Origin: Oscillospiraceae bacterium LCP25S3_E10
Lineage (GTDB): Bacteria; Bacillota; Clostridia; Oscillospirales; Acutalibacteraceae
Reading direction: 5' to 3' (one strand)
Assembly: GCA_052117325.1 (NCBI GenBank)
Contig: JBQKJJ010000002.1
DNA: 24,000 bases
The translations under genes and the position numbers were made by a program. Positions 8,101-14,964 of this stretch are shown in pieces (the stretch's first letter is position 1; the number at the start of each line of letters is the position of its first letter). Below the pieces are notes generated by a model, which saw nothing but the letters and a program-made list of their open reading frames with translations, did not search any database and was not told the DNA's origin.

Positions 8101-8817
8101 TTAATCACTGACGCTGTCTGCCTGCTTTTGTTTTTTCTTTTTATATACAATAGCAACTACCACAAGTACCACTGCTGCTGCGGCAACACCTACAATAGCC
8201 CATATCATAAACGGGTTACTGTTGTTTGTGTTGTTGTCATTTACAACGGATGCGGTATCTGCAGTTGCAGAGTCCTGCTTTATTGCGTCCATACCGTCTA
8301 CAGGATTTACGATTTCACCGTCATATTTGCCCTTTTCAATTTGTTCATTTATTGAATAGTCAGATGAGGTCATATCCTTTAAATCTGTATCGTACATTTC
8401 GGACACAGCTATTTTTATTTCATTATCTGAAGCCTTTTCTTTTACCGTAAAAGATGCTGAAATAAGTAGCTTTTCTTCTTTAAAATCAAAACCCTTTGCG
8501 GCGTCAATGGCTGCAAATTTTATTGACCCTGTTTTTTCGGAATTGGCAATGGTTTGTCCCAGATTTGGTACATTAATACTGCTTTTATCCAATTCCAAAG
8601 AATTGCTGTCGTACTTAATCTCAGCATTTATGCCGGAACAGTTTTTGTCCGCCTTTAGTTTCACAGTAAATGTAACTGTATCTCCCTCGTTAAATTCCTT
8701 TGAATTAACGGTAACAGTATTTGCGGCAAAGGCCGTAATCACACTCATAGCAATAATTACGGTAGCTGCTGCAAAGCAAGTTATTATTCGACTGGCTATA
8801 TGGCTGTTTTTCCTCAC
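8101..8817 (-). CDS. Membrane-anchored single-cohesin-like protein (candidate anchoring scaffoldin)
   Basis: 238 aa, with GTG start 8817 placed 9 nt after GGAGG (8832-8828). It has a signal peptide/N-terminal hydrophobic segment and a cohesin-like module at about aa 33-145 (GDTVTFTVKLKADKNCSGINAEIKYDSNSLEL...ISASFTVKEKA). A Ser/Asn/Asp-rich spacer follows. The C-terminal TM helix is FMIWAIVGVAAAAVVLVVVAIVY (nt 8143-8211), followed by a KKKKQKQ tail. I saw no LPXTG motif. Confidence 0.7.
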   Translation of the reverse strand: MRKNSHIASRIITCFAAATVIIAMSVITAFAANTVTVNSKEFNEGDTVTFTVKLKADKNCSGINAEIKYDSNSLELDKSSINVPNLGQTIANSEKTGSIKFAAIDAAKGFDFKEEKLLISASFTVKEKASDNEIKIAVSEMYDTDLKDMTSSDYSINEQIEKGKYDGEIVNPVDGMDAIKQDSATADTASVVNDNNTNNSNPFMIWAIVGVAAAAVVLVVVAIVYKKKKQKQADSVSD

Positions 8818-9112
8818 TATAGAATTCCTCCATACTGATTATATAAATGATATTTTTTCTACGCACTGTTTAATCGTCTATTTTTTTGATAAGCCCACAA
8901 ATTCAGCAAGCAATAAAGTGAAATATTGATATGCTTACATTAACTCTGTAAAAAATAAAAATCTCTTTTGCCACACATCTGCAAAGACTTAACTTTACAT
9001 ATACATACACCGGCCCCTGCTACCTGTAAATATTCGTTTACAACAAAAGGCCTTGGTAAGATTTTCAGCTTGCCTTAATAACTAAATAACAATATCATAA
9101 AATAAACGAAAT

Positions 9113-9141
9113 AGCAAGCACCACAGATTGCAGTGCTTGCT
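9113..9141 (-). terminator. Terminator (possibly partial) after the large scaffoldin gene
   Basis: Stem AGCAAGCAC (9113-9121) / GTGCTTGCT (9133-9141). On the minus strand it is followed by a T-rich ATTTCGTTTATTTTAT. Confidence 0.5.
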
Positions 9142-9166
9142 AAGACAAATTGGATTTACCGATTAA

Positions 9167-12100
9167 TTAAGATATCAGTTTCTTCAAAGCTGAAATATCG
9201 CTCATATTAAATCTGCCGTCACCGTTTATATCAGCCGCCTCAAGCTGCTCGGCTGTAATGTGGTCTATCTTTAGATACCAAGAACAAATTACTGTGTAGT
9301 CACTCATTGTTACACTGCCGTCATTGTCCAGGTCGCCAAGAAGTCTCTTAGGCTCTACACGAACATAGCTTTCAAAAGCTGAACCGTTTTTCGGCTGGTA
9401 CTCATCGTCAACATATGTTAAGCTGCTGCCGTTAATATCGCAAAGCTCTCTCATTCTGTATGAAAGTGTAGTTGTACAATCCTCTTTAGCAATAAACTGC
9501 AAGCAAATTAGCTTTTGAACTGTTCCTGTGTTGTAGTTTAAGCCCTTTGACAAATCATCAATGCTCTTAACATTGTTATATACTGCCTCACCAGGAATCT
9601 GTGTTGAGCTTAGGAATATATCACCAGGGAATACGCTTGGTTTTACAGCGCTGTCACCCAGTGCGTAATCTATCTGTGCAGTACCTGATGCAAAGCCGTT
9701 ATTCTCGGCAAATTCTTTGTTGATTTCAAGCTTGTCGTTATCATAGAACATATCTACTGTCCAACCTGAAATATCAATACCTGTTGAAGGTAATACCAAT
9801 TCTACCCAATAATCAACCTTGTCACCCTTCTTAACAGTTACCTCTGTTGCAGCTGTAGTTGGTCTCTGTGTAGGCTGCTCTGTAGGAGTTGTAGGTGTAG
9901 TTGGTGTTGTAGGTGTTGTAGGTGTAGTTGGTGTAGTTGGAGTTGTTGGAGTTGTAGGTGTAGTTGGTGTTGTTGGTGTTGTAGGCTGTTCGCTGGAAAC
10001 GATCTTATAATCCTGACCGAACTTAGCACCGTCTGCAGCCTGGTATGTACCGTCAATATATGCATTGTCTAGGTCTACATCGCACATTTCTCTTAGTCTG
10101 TAGCTTAGGTTAATTGTGCCTGTTTCCTTAGCTGTGTACTGTACGCATATTAGCTTCTGAGTAGAACCTGTGTTTAGTCCCAATGAAGAATGTACAGCGC
10201 TTACAAATGAAACTCTTGCCTTTGTATCCTTAATGTCAAGCATACTTCCGCCAGGAAGTGCTGCAGGTGTTGTAGTGTTGCCTATTGCATAATCAATAGC
10301 TGCTGTACCGCAAGCATAACCTGCTGTTGCAAATGAAGAATCATATTCAAGCTTATTGCTGTCATATAGGAAGTCAACAACCCAGCCTGATACATCTTTA
10401 CCGCTTTTTGGAATATTTACTTCTGCCCAGTAAGCAACCTTGTCGCCCTTCTTAACAGAAATTTCCTTAGCTGCTGTTGTTGGAGCTGTCAGCCATTCGT
10501 CTGTTGATGGATCTGTTGGTGTTGTTGGGTCTGTTGGTGTTTCGCCGCTTACAACAGCACTGTTGCTGCTTGAAACCTTTGTTGTTACAGGTTGTCCTGT
10601 CTGTGAGTTATACTGGTTTTCAGCGTCAAGACCAATAGCCTCTTTCATCTTATAAGAAATAGTAGCTGTTCCTGCTTTCTTAGCTACAAATGAAACAGTA
10701 ATTAGGTTCTTCTGTGTTGTAAAGTCGTAAGTTGTAGTAGGTGTACCGATACCAACTGTAGAAATCAGTCCGTCTTCCTCGGTTCTCTGCTGTGTCATTC
10801 CTGAAATGTTAGGGAATGATACTGAATTTACTGTAAGTAGTGATGAATCATAGTTAATATCTGTTCTAAAGCCGTAAAGCTTTTCAGCAAACTTAAAGTC
10901 AACCTTGTAAGTTACTGTGTCGCCGGCTTTAAATGTAACCTTTGTTGAACCTGTTGTTGCATCCTCTGTGCCACTCTGAACAACAGCGTTCTGTGAAATT
11001 GACAAACCGCTTACAGGCTTAGCATTTACTACAAGGTCGTTTTCGTTATCGTCAATCATTTCGTTGATAGTGTAGCTAATCTTGTATGTGCCTGCCTTCT
11101 TAGCTGTAAAGCGTACTGTCTGAATTGTAGTATTGCTTTCTGCTGTATAGCAGTCATTTGCAGGTGCAAGTGCAATAGCACTGATCTTGCCTGCAGTTGT
11201 AGTATTAACTATCTCTGTACCCTTGTTTGAACCAAGAGTATCTACACCGTCTTTACTGTATGTAGTATCAAGTGCAAAAGCAGAAGCGTCGTAATTTGTT
11301 GTTATGTTATAAGAACCAATCTTCTTTGATGTTTTTGCATCTACAGTAAATGTAACTGTATCTCCTGCCTTTACAGTAACAGATTTTTCACCGGTTACCT
11401 GTGTTCCAGGAGTGGTTGGTGTAGTAGGTGTCTGTGTTGGAGTAGTTGGAGTAGTTGGAGTAGTTGGAGTGGTTGGTGTAGTAGGTGTCTGTGTTGGTGT
11501 TGTTGGTACTTGTGTTGGATCTGTTGGGTGGATGTTTGTACCTACATAAGCAAACGGAGCTGTAACATTGTCCTCGTCGCTCTTCTCTTTACTGTTCTTC
11601 TCATGGGAGGCACCTGCATCACTTTGGTCTGCATTGTCATTCATTGACAAATCATAAGGCAGACAGTCCATACCGGACTTACCAAATGTGGCAATGTTCA
11701 TAATGCCGACACCTTTAGATTCAATGTCGCTCTTTGTAACGCCAAGAATTGAAAGCGGAATAGACATCTCATAGTGGAAGTCCATTCCATCGCTGTTGTG
11801 GCCCTTTGTATTAAAGTCAACCCAAGCAGCACTTTGGTTGCACATATCGCCTATGACTCTGTTGTGACTTTGACCATAACCGCCGTCAATGCCGTAAACA
11901 TTTTTGCTGACTATACCATCACCATATTTGAAGTTAATACCTGCTGTTGATGAATTGTAAACTTCCTTTGGATTAAGGCCTGTGCTGTCACCTGAGTATA
12001 CAAAAGGTCCGTTTGAACCGTTTGTAGAAATTGCAATAAGTCTGTTAAAGCTTCTGTCAATAGTAATACCTGAATCCCAAATAGTACCTGATGTTTGCAG

Positions 12101-12628
12101 CTTACCGCTGTTTCCTATTGCGTCAGACTTACCTGTATCAATCGCAATAAAGAAAGGTAAATTCTGATTTTGGTACAAATGACCCTGTGTTAACGGATAG
12201 TCAGCAGCAGGAGCAACAACATCCTGAACATTTGTCATTTCCCACATTAGGTACAGGTTATTGTCGTCCCAAGCACCGTACATAGCGTACATATCAATAG
12301 GTACCTCGTGCATTGAATCATCACGATATACTCTTGGGTCATCGTTTGCTGTACCCTGAGCAATAAGCATTGAGCTATCCCAGTCAGAAATGTCTCCATC
12401 TATAGTTATGGTCTTATTTTTACCAAAACCTGTGCCATTTGTGGAGTAGTAGCTGGCTAATGAAGATGAGCTTGCATTTGCACTGCTCAAAGCTGTTGGA
12501 CCGACCTTTGCTGAGTCGGCACTTTGCTGGTTTGTGCTTGTAGCTGCTGTTGCAGGAACAACGCACATTGACGCAACCATTAAAGCCGCAAGAACTGAGC
12601 TTACAACTTTACGCTGGTGTTTTGCCAT
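9167..12628 (-). CDS. Large secreted scaffoldin-like protein: signal peptide, ~300-aa N-terminal domain, four cohesin-like modules separated by Thr/Pro linkers, C-terminal dockerin
   Basis: 1153 aa, with ATG 12628 placed 8 nt after GGAGG. The signal peptide is MAKHQRKVVSSVLAALMVASMCVVPATA. Module motifs are VTVKAGDTVTFTVDA...NYDASAFAL, VTFKAGDTVTYKVDF...NYDSSLLTV, ISVKKGDKVAYWAEV...LYDSNKLEY and VTVKKGDKVDYWVEL...FYDNDKLEI. The dockerin is LLGDLDNDGSVTMSDY...ADINGDGRFNMSDISALKKLIS. Confidence 0.8.
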   Translation of the reverse strand: MAKHQRKVVSSVLAALMVASMCVVPATAATSTNQQSADSAKVGPTALSSANASSSSLASYYSTNGTGFGKNKTITIDGDISDWDSSMLIAQGTANDDPRVYRDDSMHEVPIDMYAMYGAWDDNNLYLMWEMTNVQDVVAPAADYPLTQGHLYQNQNLPFFIAIDTGKSDAIGNSGKLQTSGTIWDSGITIDRSFNRLIAISTNGSNGPFVYSGDSTGLNPKEVYNSSTAGINFKYGDGIVSKNVYGIDGGYGQSHNRVIGDMCNQSAAWVDFNTKGHNSDGMDFHYEMSIPLSILGVTKSDIESKGVGIMNIATFGKSGMDCLPYDLSMNDNADQSDAGASHEKNSKEKSDEDNVTAPFAYVGTNIHPTDPTQVPTTPTQTPTTPTTPTTPTTPTTPTQTPTTPTTPGTQVTGEKSVTVKAGDTVTFTVDAKTSKKIGSYNITTNYDASAFALDTTYSKDGVDTLGSNKGTEIVNTTTAGKISAIALAPANDCYTAESNTTIQTVRFTAKKAGTYKISYTINEMIDDNENDLVVNAKPVSGLSISQNAVVQSGTEDATTGSTKVTFKAGDTVTYKVDFKFAEKLYGFRTDINYDSSLLTVNSVSFPNISGMTQQRTEEDGLISTVGIGTPTTTYDFTTQKNLITVSFVAKKAGTATISYKMKEAIGLDAENQYNSQTGQPVTTKVSSSNSAVVSGETPTDPTTPTDPSTDEWLTAPTTAAKEISVKKGDKVAYWAEVNIPKSGKDVSGWVVDFLYDSNKLEYDSSFATAGYACGTAAIDYAIGNTTTPAALPGGSMLDIKDTKARVSFVSAVHSSLGLNTGSTQKLICVQYTAKETGTINLSYRLREMCDVDLDNAYIDGTYQAADGAKFGQDYKIVSSEQPTTPTTPTTPTTPTTPTTPTTPTTPTTPTTPTTPTEQPTQRPTTAATEVTVKKGDKVDYWVELVLPSTGIDISGWTVDMFYDNDKLEINKEFAENNGFASGTAQIDYALGDSAVKPSVFPGDIFLSSTQIPGEAVYNNVKSIDDLSKGLNYNTGTVQKLICLQFIAKEDCTTTLSYRMRELCDINGSSLTYVDDEYQPKNGSAFESYVRVEPKRLLGDLDNDGSVTMSDYTVICSWYLKIDHITAEQLEAADINGDGRFNMSDISALKKLIS
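9170..9343 (-). other. Dockerin module of the scaffoldin
   Basis: There are two EF-hand-like loops, DLDNDGSVTMSD and DINGDGRFNMSD. The LLGDLDND codons were verified at 9343-9320. Confidence 0.75.
9350..9859 (-). other. Cohesin-like module 4 (about aa 924-1093)
   Basis: See module 3. Confidence 0.55.
9881..9985 (-). repeat. Imperfect 9-bp tandem repeat (about 11.7 copies) encoding (Pro-Thr-Thr)11-Pro-Thr linker
   Basis: Codon-by-codon reading of 9881-9985 gives 11 x PTT followed by PT, with synonymous variation between copies (ACA/ACT, CCA/CCT). Confidence 0.9.
9995..10483 (-). other. Cohesin-like module 3 (about aa 716-878)
   Basis: Paralogous to module 4. Compare KKGDKVAYWAEV with KKGDKVDYWVEL, SGWVVDFLYD with SGWTVDMFYD, and QKLICVQYTAKE...LSYRLREMCD with QKLICLQFIAKE...LSYRMRELCD. 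Confidence 0.55.
10550..10963 (-). other. Cohesin-like module 2 (about aa 556-693)
   Basis: See module 1. It shares the motifs KAGDTVT and NYD-S. Confidence 0.55.
10994..11398 (-). other. Cohesin-like module 1 (about aa 411-545)
   Basis: Boundaries come from the flanking linker and a Gly/Ser/Thr spacer. It is paralogous to module 2 (FTAKKAGTYKISY vs FVAKKAGTATISY). Confidence 0.55.
11411..11497 (-). repeat. Exact 30-bp direct repeat (11411-11440 and 11468-11497, 57-bp period) inside the first Thr/Pro linker
   Basis: AGTGGTTGGTGTAGTAGGTGTCTGTGTTGG occurs twice on the plus strand. It encodes the PTQTPTTPTT segments of the linker spanning 11405-11527. Confidence 0.85.
11543..12457 (-). other. 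Scaffoldin N-terminal domain (about aa 58-362), function unknown; possibly carbohydrate-binding (CBM9/DOMON-like motif)
   Basis: The TITIDGDISDWD ... YGAWDDNNLYLMWEMTN ... FFIAIDTG pattern resembles the D-G-x-x-x-x-W / W-D-x-x-x-L-Y signature of CBM9-like sugar-binding modules. This is motif-level recognition only. Confidence 0.3.
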
Positions 12629-12899
12629 TAAAATTCCTCCTTTTTCTTCTCTATGTAAGCATATCTATGCACTTTTTATTATAAAGAACTTCAATAAAAA
12701 TTACAATGGTTTTTATCATAGCAAAATCAAAATCGTATATTATAACAAAAAACACTGGAAAATTTTATACAGGATAACCTCTAAATTTATGTCTTTACAA
12801 AGAAAAAAGACACGCAACAGTTAGATTTGTAGGCAATATCAAAAAGCTATCTATATTTATATGCAAGTTTACGAACAATTTTAGCAACATCTGTATAAT

Positions 12900-12945
12900 A
12901 AAAATAAACAGCTAAGGCGACAAGCCCAAAAGCCTGCCGCCTTAG
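12900..12945 (-). terminator. Terminator downstream of galE
   Basis: Stem GCTAAGGCG (12910-12918) / CGCCTTAGC (12937-12945) with inner pairs. On the minus strand it is followed by TGTTTATTT. Confidence 0.55.
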
Positions 12946-12984
12946 CAACCATTACATATTGAAACATAAAAAATTATTTACAAA

Positions 12985-13998
12985 TTATTCCTCATAACCC
13001 TTTGGATTGTTAGACTGCCATCTCCAAGAATCCTTGCACATATTCTCCAAGGTTTCTTCAGCCCGCCAGCCAAGAACATCTCTTGCCTTTGTCGGGTCTG
13101 CATAGCACTCTGCAATGTCGCCGTCTCTTCTAGGCTTAATTACATAAGGTATCTTAATATCGTTGGCTTTTTCAAAAGCTTTAACAATATCCAAAACACT
13201 GTAGCCTATGCCTGTACCAAGGTTGAATATTTCTGTACCCTTGTTTTTGTGGGCATATTCTATTGCCTTTACATGTCCCTTTGCCAAATCAACTACATGT
13301 ATATAGTCTCTTACGCCTGTACCGTCGTGAGTTGGGTAATCGTTTCCGAACACTCCCAGCTGAGGCAGCTTGCCGATAGCAACCTGTGTGATATACGGCA
13401 GCAAATTGTTTGGAATACCTGTAGGGTCTTCGCCTATTCTGCCGCTTGGGTGAGCACCTATTGGGTTAAAGTACCTTAGCAATACTACCGACAAATTTTT
13501 GTTAGCTGCAGCAGCGTCTGTTAAAATTTGCTCTATCATTAGTTTTGTCCAACCATATGGGTTAGTACAGCCTGTTTTCATACCCTCTACAAGAGGCACT
13601 CTTTCAGGCACTCCGTAAACTGTAGCCGACGAACTAAATACAAAATTGTTTACATTATATTTTGCCATAGCCTCCAGCAAAGTAAGCGTAGTATCAAGGT
13701 TATTTCTATAGTACATAAGCGGCTTTGCAACAGACTCACCTACAGCCTTGAAGCCTGCAAAATGAATTACTGCGTCAAAGTTCTCTTTTGCAAACATACT
13801 GTCAACCTTTTCTTTGTCTGCAACATCTATATTATAGAAAGGAATATCCTGCCCTGTAAGCTCCTTTAGTCTTTCAAGCACTGCCGGCTTACTGTTTGAA
13901 AGGTCGTCTGCAATAACTGCCTTGTGGCCTGCCTTTATAAGCTCAATGCAAGTGTGGCTGCCGATAAATCCGGCGCCGCCTGTAAGTAAAATTTTCAT
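12985..13998 (-). CDS. galE: UDP-glucose 4-epimerase
   Basis: 337 aa with MKILLTGGAGFIGSH (Rossmann GxxGxxG) and an S..YG.TK-type catalytic region (NPYGWTKLM). The length is typical of GalE. Confidence 0.95.
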   Translation of the reverse strand: MKILLTGGAGFIGSHTCIELIKAGHKAVIADDLSNSKPAVLERLKELTGQDIPFYNIDVADKEKVDSMFAKENFDAVIHFAGFKAVGESVAKPLMYYRNNLDTTLTLLEAMAKYNVNNFVFSSSATVYGVPERVPLVEGMKTGCTNPYGWTKLMIEQILTDAAAANKNLSVVLLRYFNPIGAHPSGRIGEDPTGIPNNLLPYITQVAIGKLPQLGVFGNDYPTHDGTGVRDYIHVVDLAKGHVKAIEYAHKNKGTEIFNLGTGIGYSVLDIVKAFEKANDIKIPYVIKPRRDGDIAECYADPTKARDVLGWRAEETLENMCKDSWRWQSNNPKGYEE

Positions 13999-14041
13999 TT
14001 ATATACCTGCTTTCTGCAAAAAACTAGATTATTTTATACAG

Positions 14042-14070
14042 ATTATAACAAATATAAAATTTCTTTGCAA
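14042..14070 (-). promoter_or_regulatory. Sigma-A promoter of galE
   Basis: On the minus strand: TTGCAA (14070-14065), a 17-nt spacer, then TATAAT (14047-14042). Confidence 0.55.
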
Positions 14071-14198
14071 TAACAATAAAAACTTTTACAAATTATATCT
14101 GTTTTCGCAAACACAGCCTTAAATTTTCTGCAATATTTACAGTCTTAAAGCTTTATAATAATCTTTCATAACACTGCGCCGCACAACTTAACAAAAGC

Positions 14199-14242
14199 AA
14201 AATGCTACGGACTATATAAAATCAAATAGTCCATAGCATTTT
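14199..14242 (-). terminator. Long hairpin (17-bp stem, one mismatch); probable terminator of the agrD-agrB unit
   Basis: AAAATGCTACGGACTAT (14199-14215) pairs with ATAGTCCATAGCATTTT (14226-14242). On the minus strand it is followed by GCTTTTGTT. It lies about 150 nt downstream of the agrB stop. Confidence 0.45.
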
Positions 14243-14391
14243 GTTTCTATACTCAGCATATAAAAATCGTACCATATGCTGATTTCATCTCCCATATGTA
14301 CCTATCTGTTTTGTATTTTTACCGTTAAGCCGCATAAAAATACGTAATAATACCGATGACCGACTTGCCGGTGTCAACCACATTTACCCGG

Positions 14392-14964
14392 TTACTCCCG
14401 TGTACCGGCTTTATTTTTGTACTTTCCCAATATCAGTAAGGCAGAAAGCACAAACCACGCATATGAAATGCAAAAAGCCATACTATATTTGGAAGTTAAA
14501 ACAAGCAGCAACATTATACCGAGTTCAATTAATAAAATAATAGCGCTGCGCCTCCTGTATTTTATAACTTCATCTTTGTTAATATATTTATAAACACTAT
14601 CTACAGGTGATAAAACAAATATAGCAGGCAGCCCCACTACCGCACACAGGATAATAACCCAGGTAAAGTCGGTAAAAAAGGTCAGCAATAAATTTAATGT
14701 TGTAATAATACAACAAGATATTGCCAGACAAGAAATAAAATTCTTTGCATGGAAGCCACCGGCATACTGCCTCAGCACTGCAAATGTCCCAAAAAATACT
14801 ATTGTCTCCAGCACATTTCCAAATAATATGCCGATTATGAGGAATATGCAAAATGAAAAAACCATTTCCTCAATTAGTTGTAAGCCAAAGCAATATACCT
14901 TCCGCTCGTTTTCCTTTATAATGTTGGCTTCCACCATATACGCAACAATTTTATCTCTTAACAT
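14392..14964 (-). CDS. agrB: AgrB-family accessory gene regulator B (membrane endopeptidase that processes AgrD)
   Basis: Multi-TM protein with LRQYAGGFHAKNFISCLAIS. The His and Cys are 7 residues apart, the same spacing as the catalytic His/Cys pair of S. aureus AgrB. The N-terminus MLRDKIVAYMVEANIIKENERKVYCFGLQ matches the clostridial AgrB pattern. I therefore prefer ATG 14964 over the ORF-track start 14979. Confidence 0.85.
   Translation of the reverse strand: MLRDKIVAYMVEANIIKENERKVYCFGLQLIEEMVFSFCIFLIIGILFGNVLETIVFFGTFAVLRQYAGGFHAKNFISCLAISCCIITTLNLLLTFFTDFTWVIILCAVVGLPAIFVLSPVDSVYKYINKDEVIKYRRRSAIILLIELGIMLLLVLTSKYSMAFCISYAWFVLSALLILGKYKNKAGTRE

Noticed and set aside
9819-10065. Plus-strand ORF encoding VGVVGVVG repeats, and a minus-strand out-of-frame ORF rich in Q/L/H
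   Set aside because: These are mirror images or frame-shifted readings of the (PTT)n linker of the scaffoldin. The repeat is coding tandem DNA, not a CRISPR array, because there are no unique spacers and the period is 9 bp.
12534-12824. 96-aa plus-strand ORF across the scaffoldin start and upstream region
   Set aside because: It overlaps the scaffoldin signal-peptide codons in antisense and continues into AT-rich promoter DNA. It has no RBS and no motifs.
14243-14391. Search for a canonical agrD downstream of agrB (small ORFs of 27-32 codons on the minus strand)
   Set aside because: The candidates lack an RBS, lack a Cys/Ser-x4 core followed by a charged tail, and lack an amphipathic leader. 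The convincing AgrD-like ORF is upstream of agrB instead (14951-15112).
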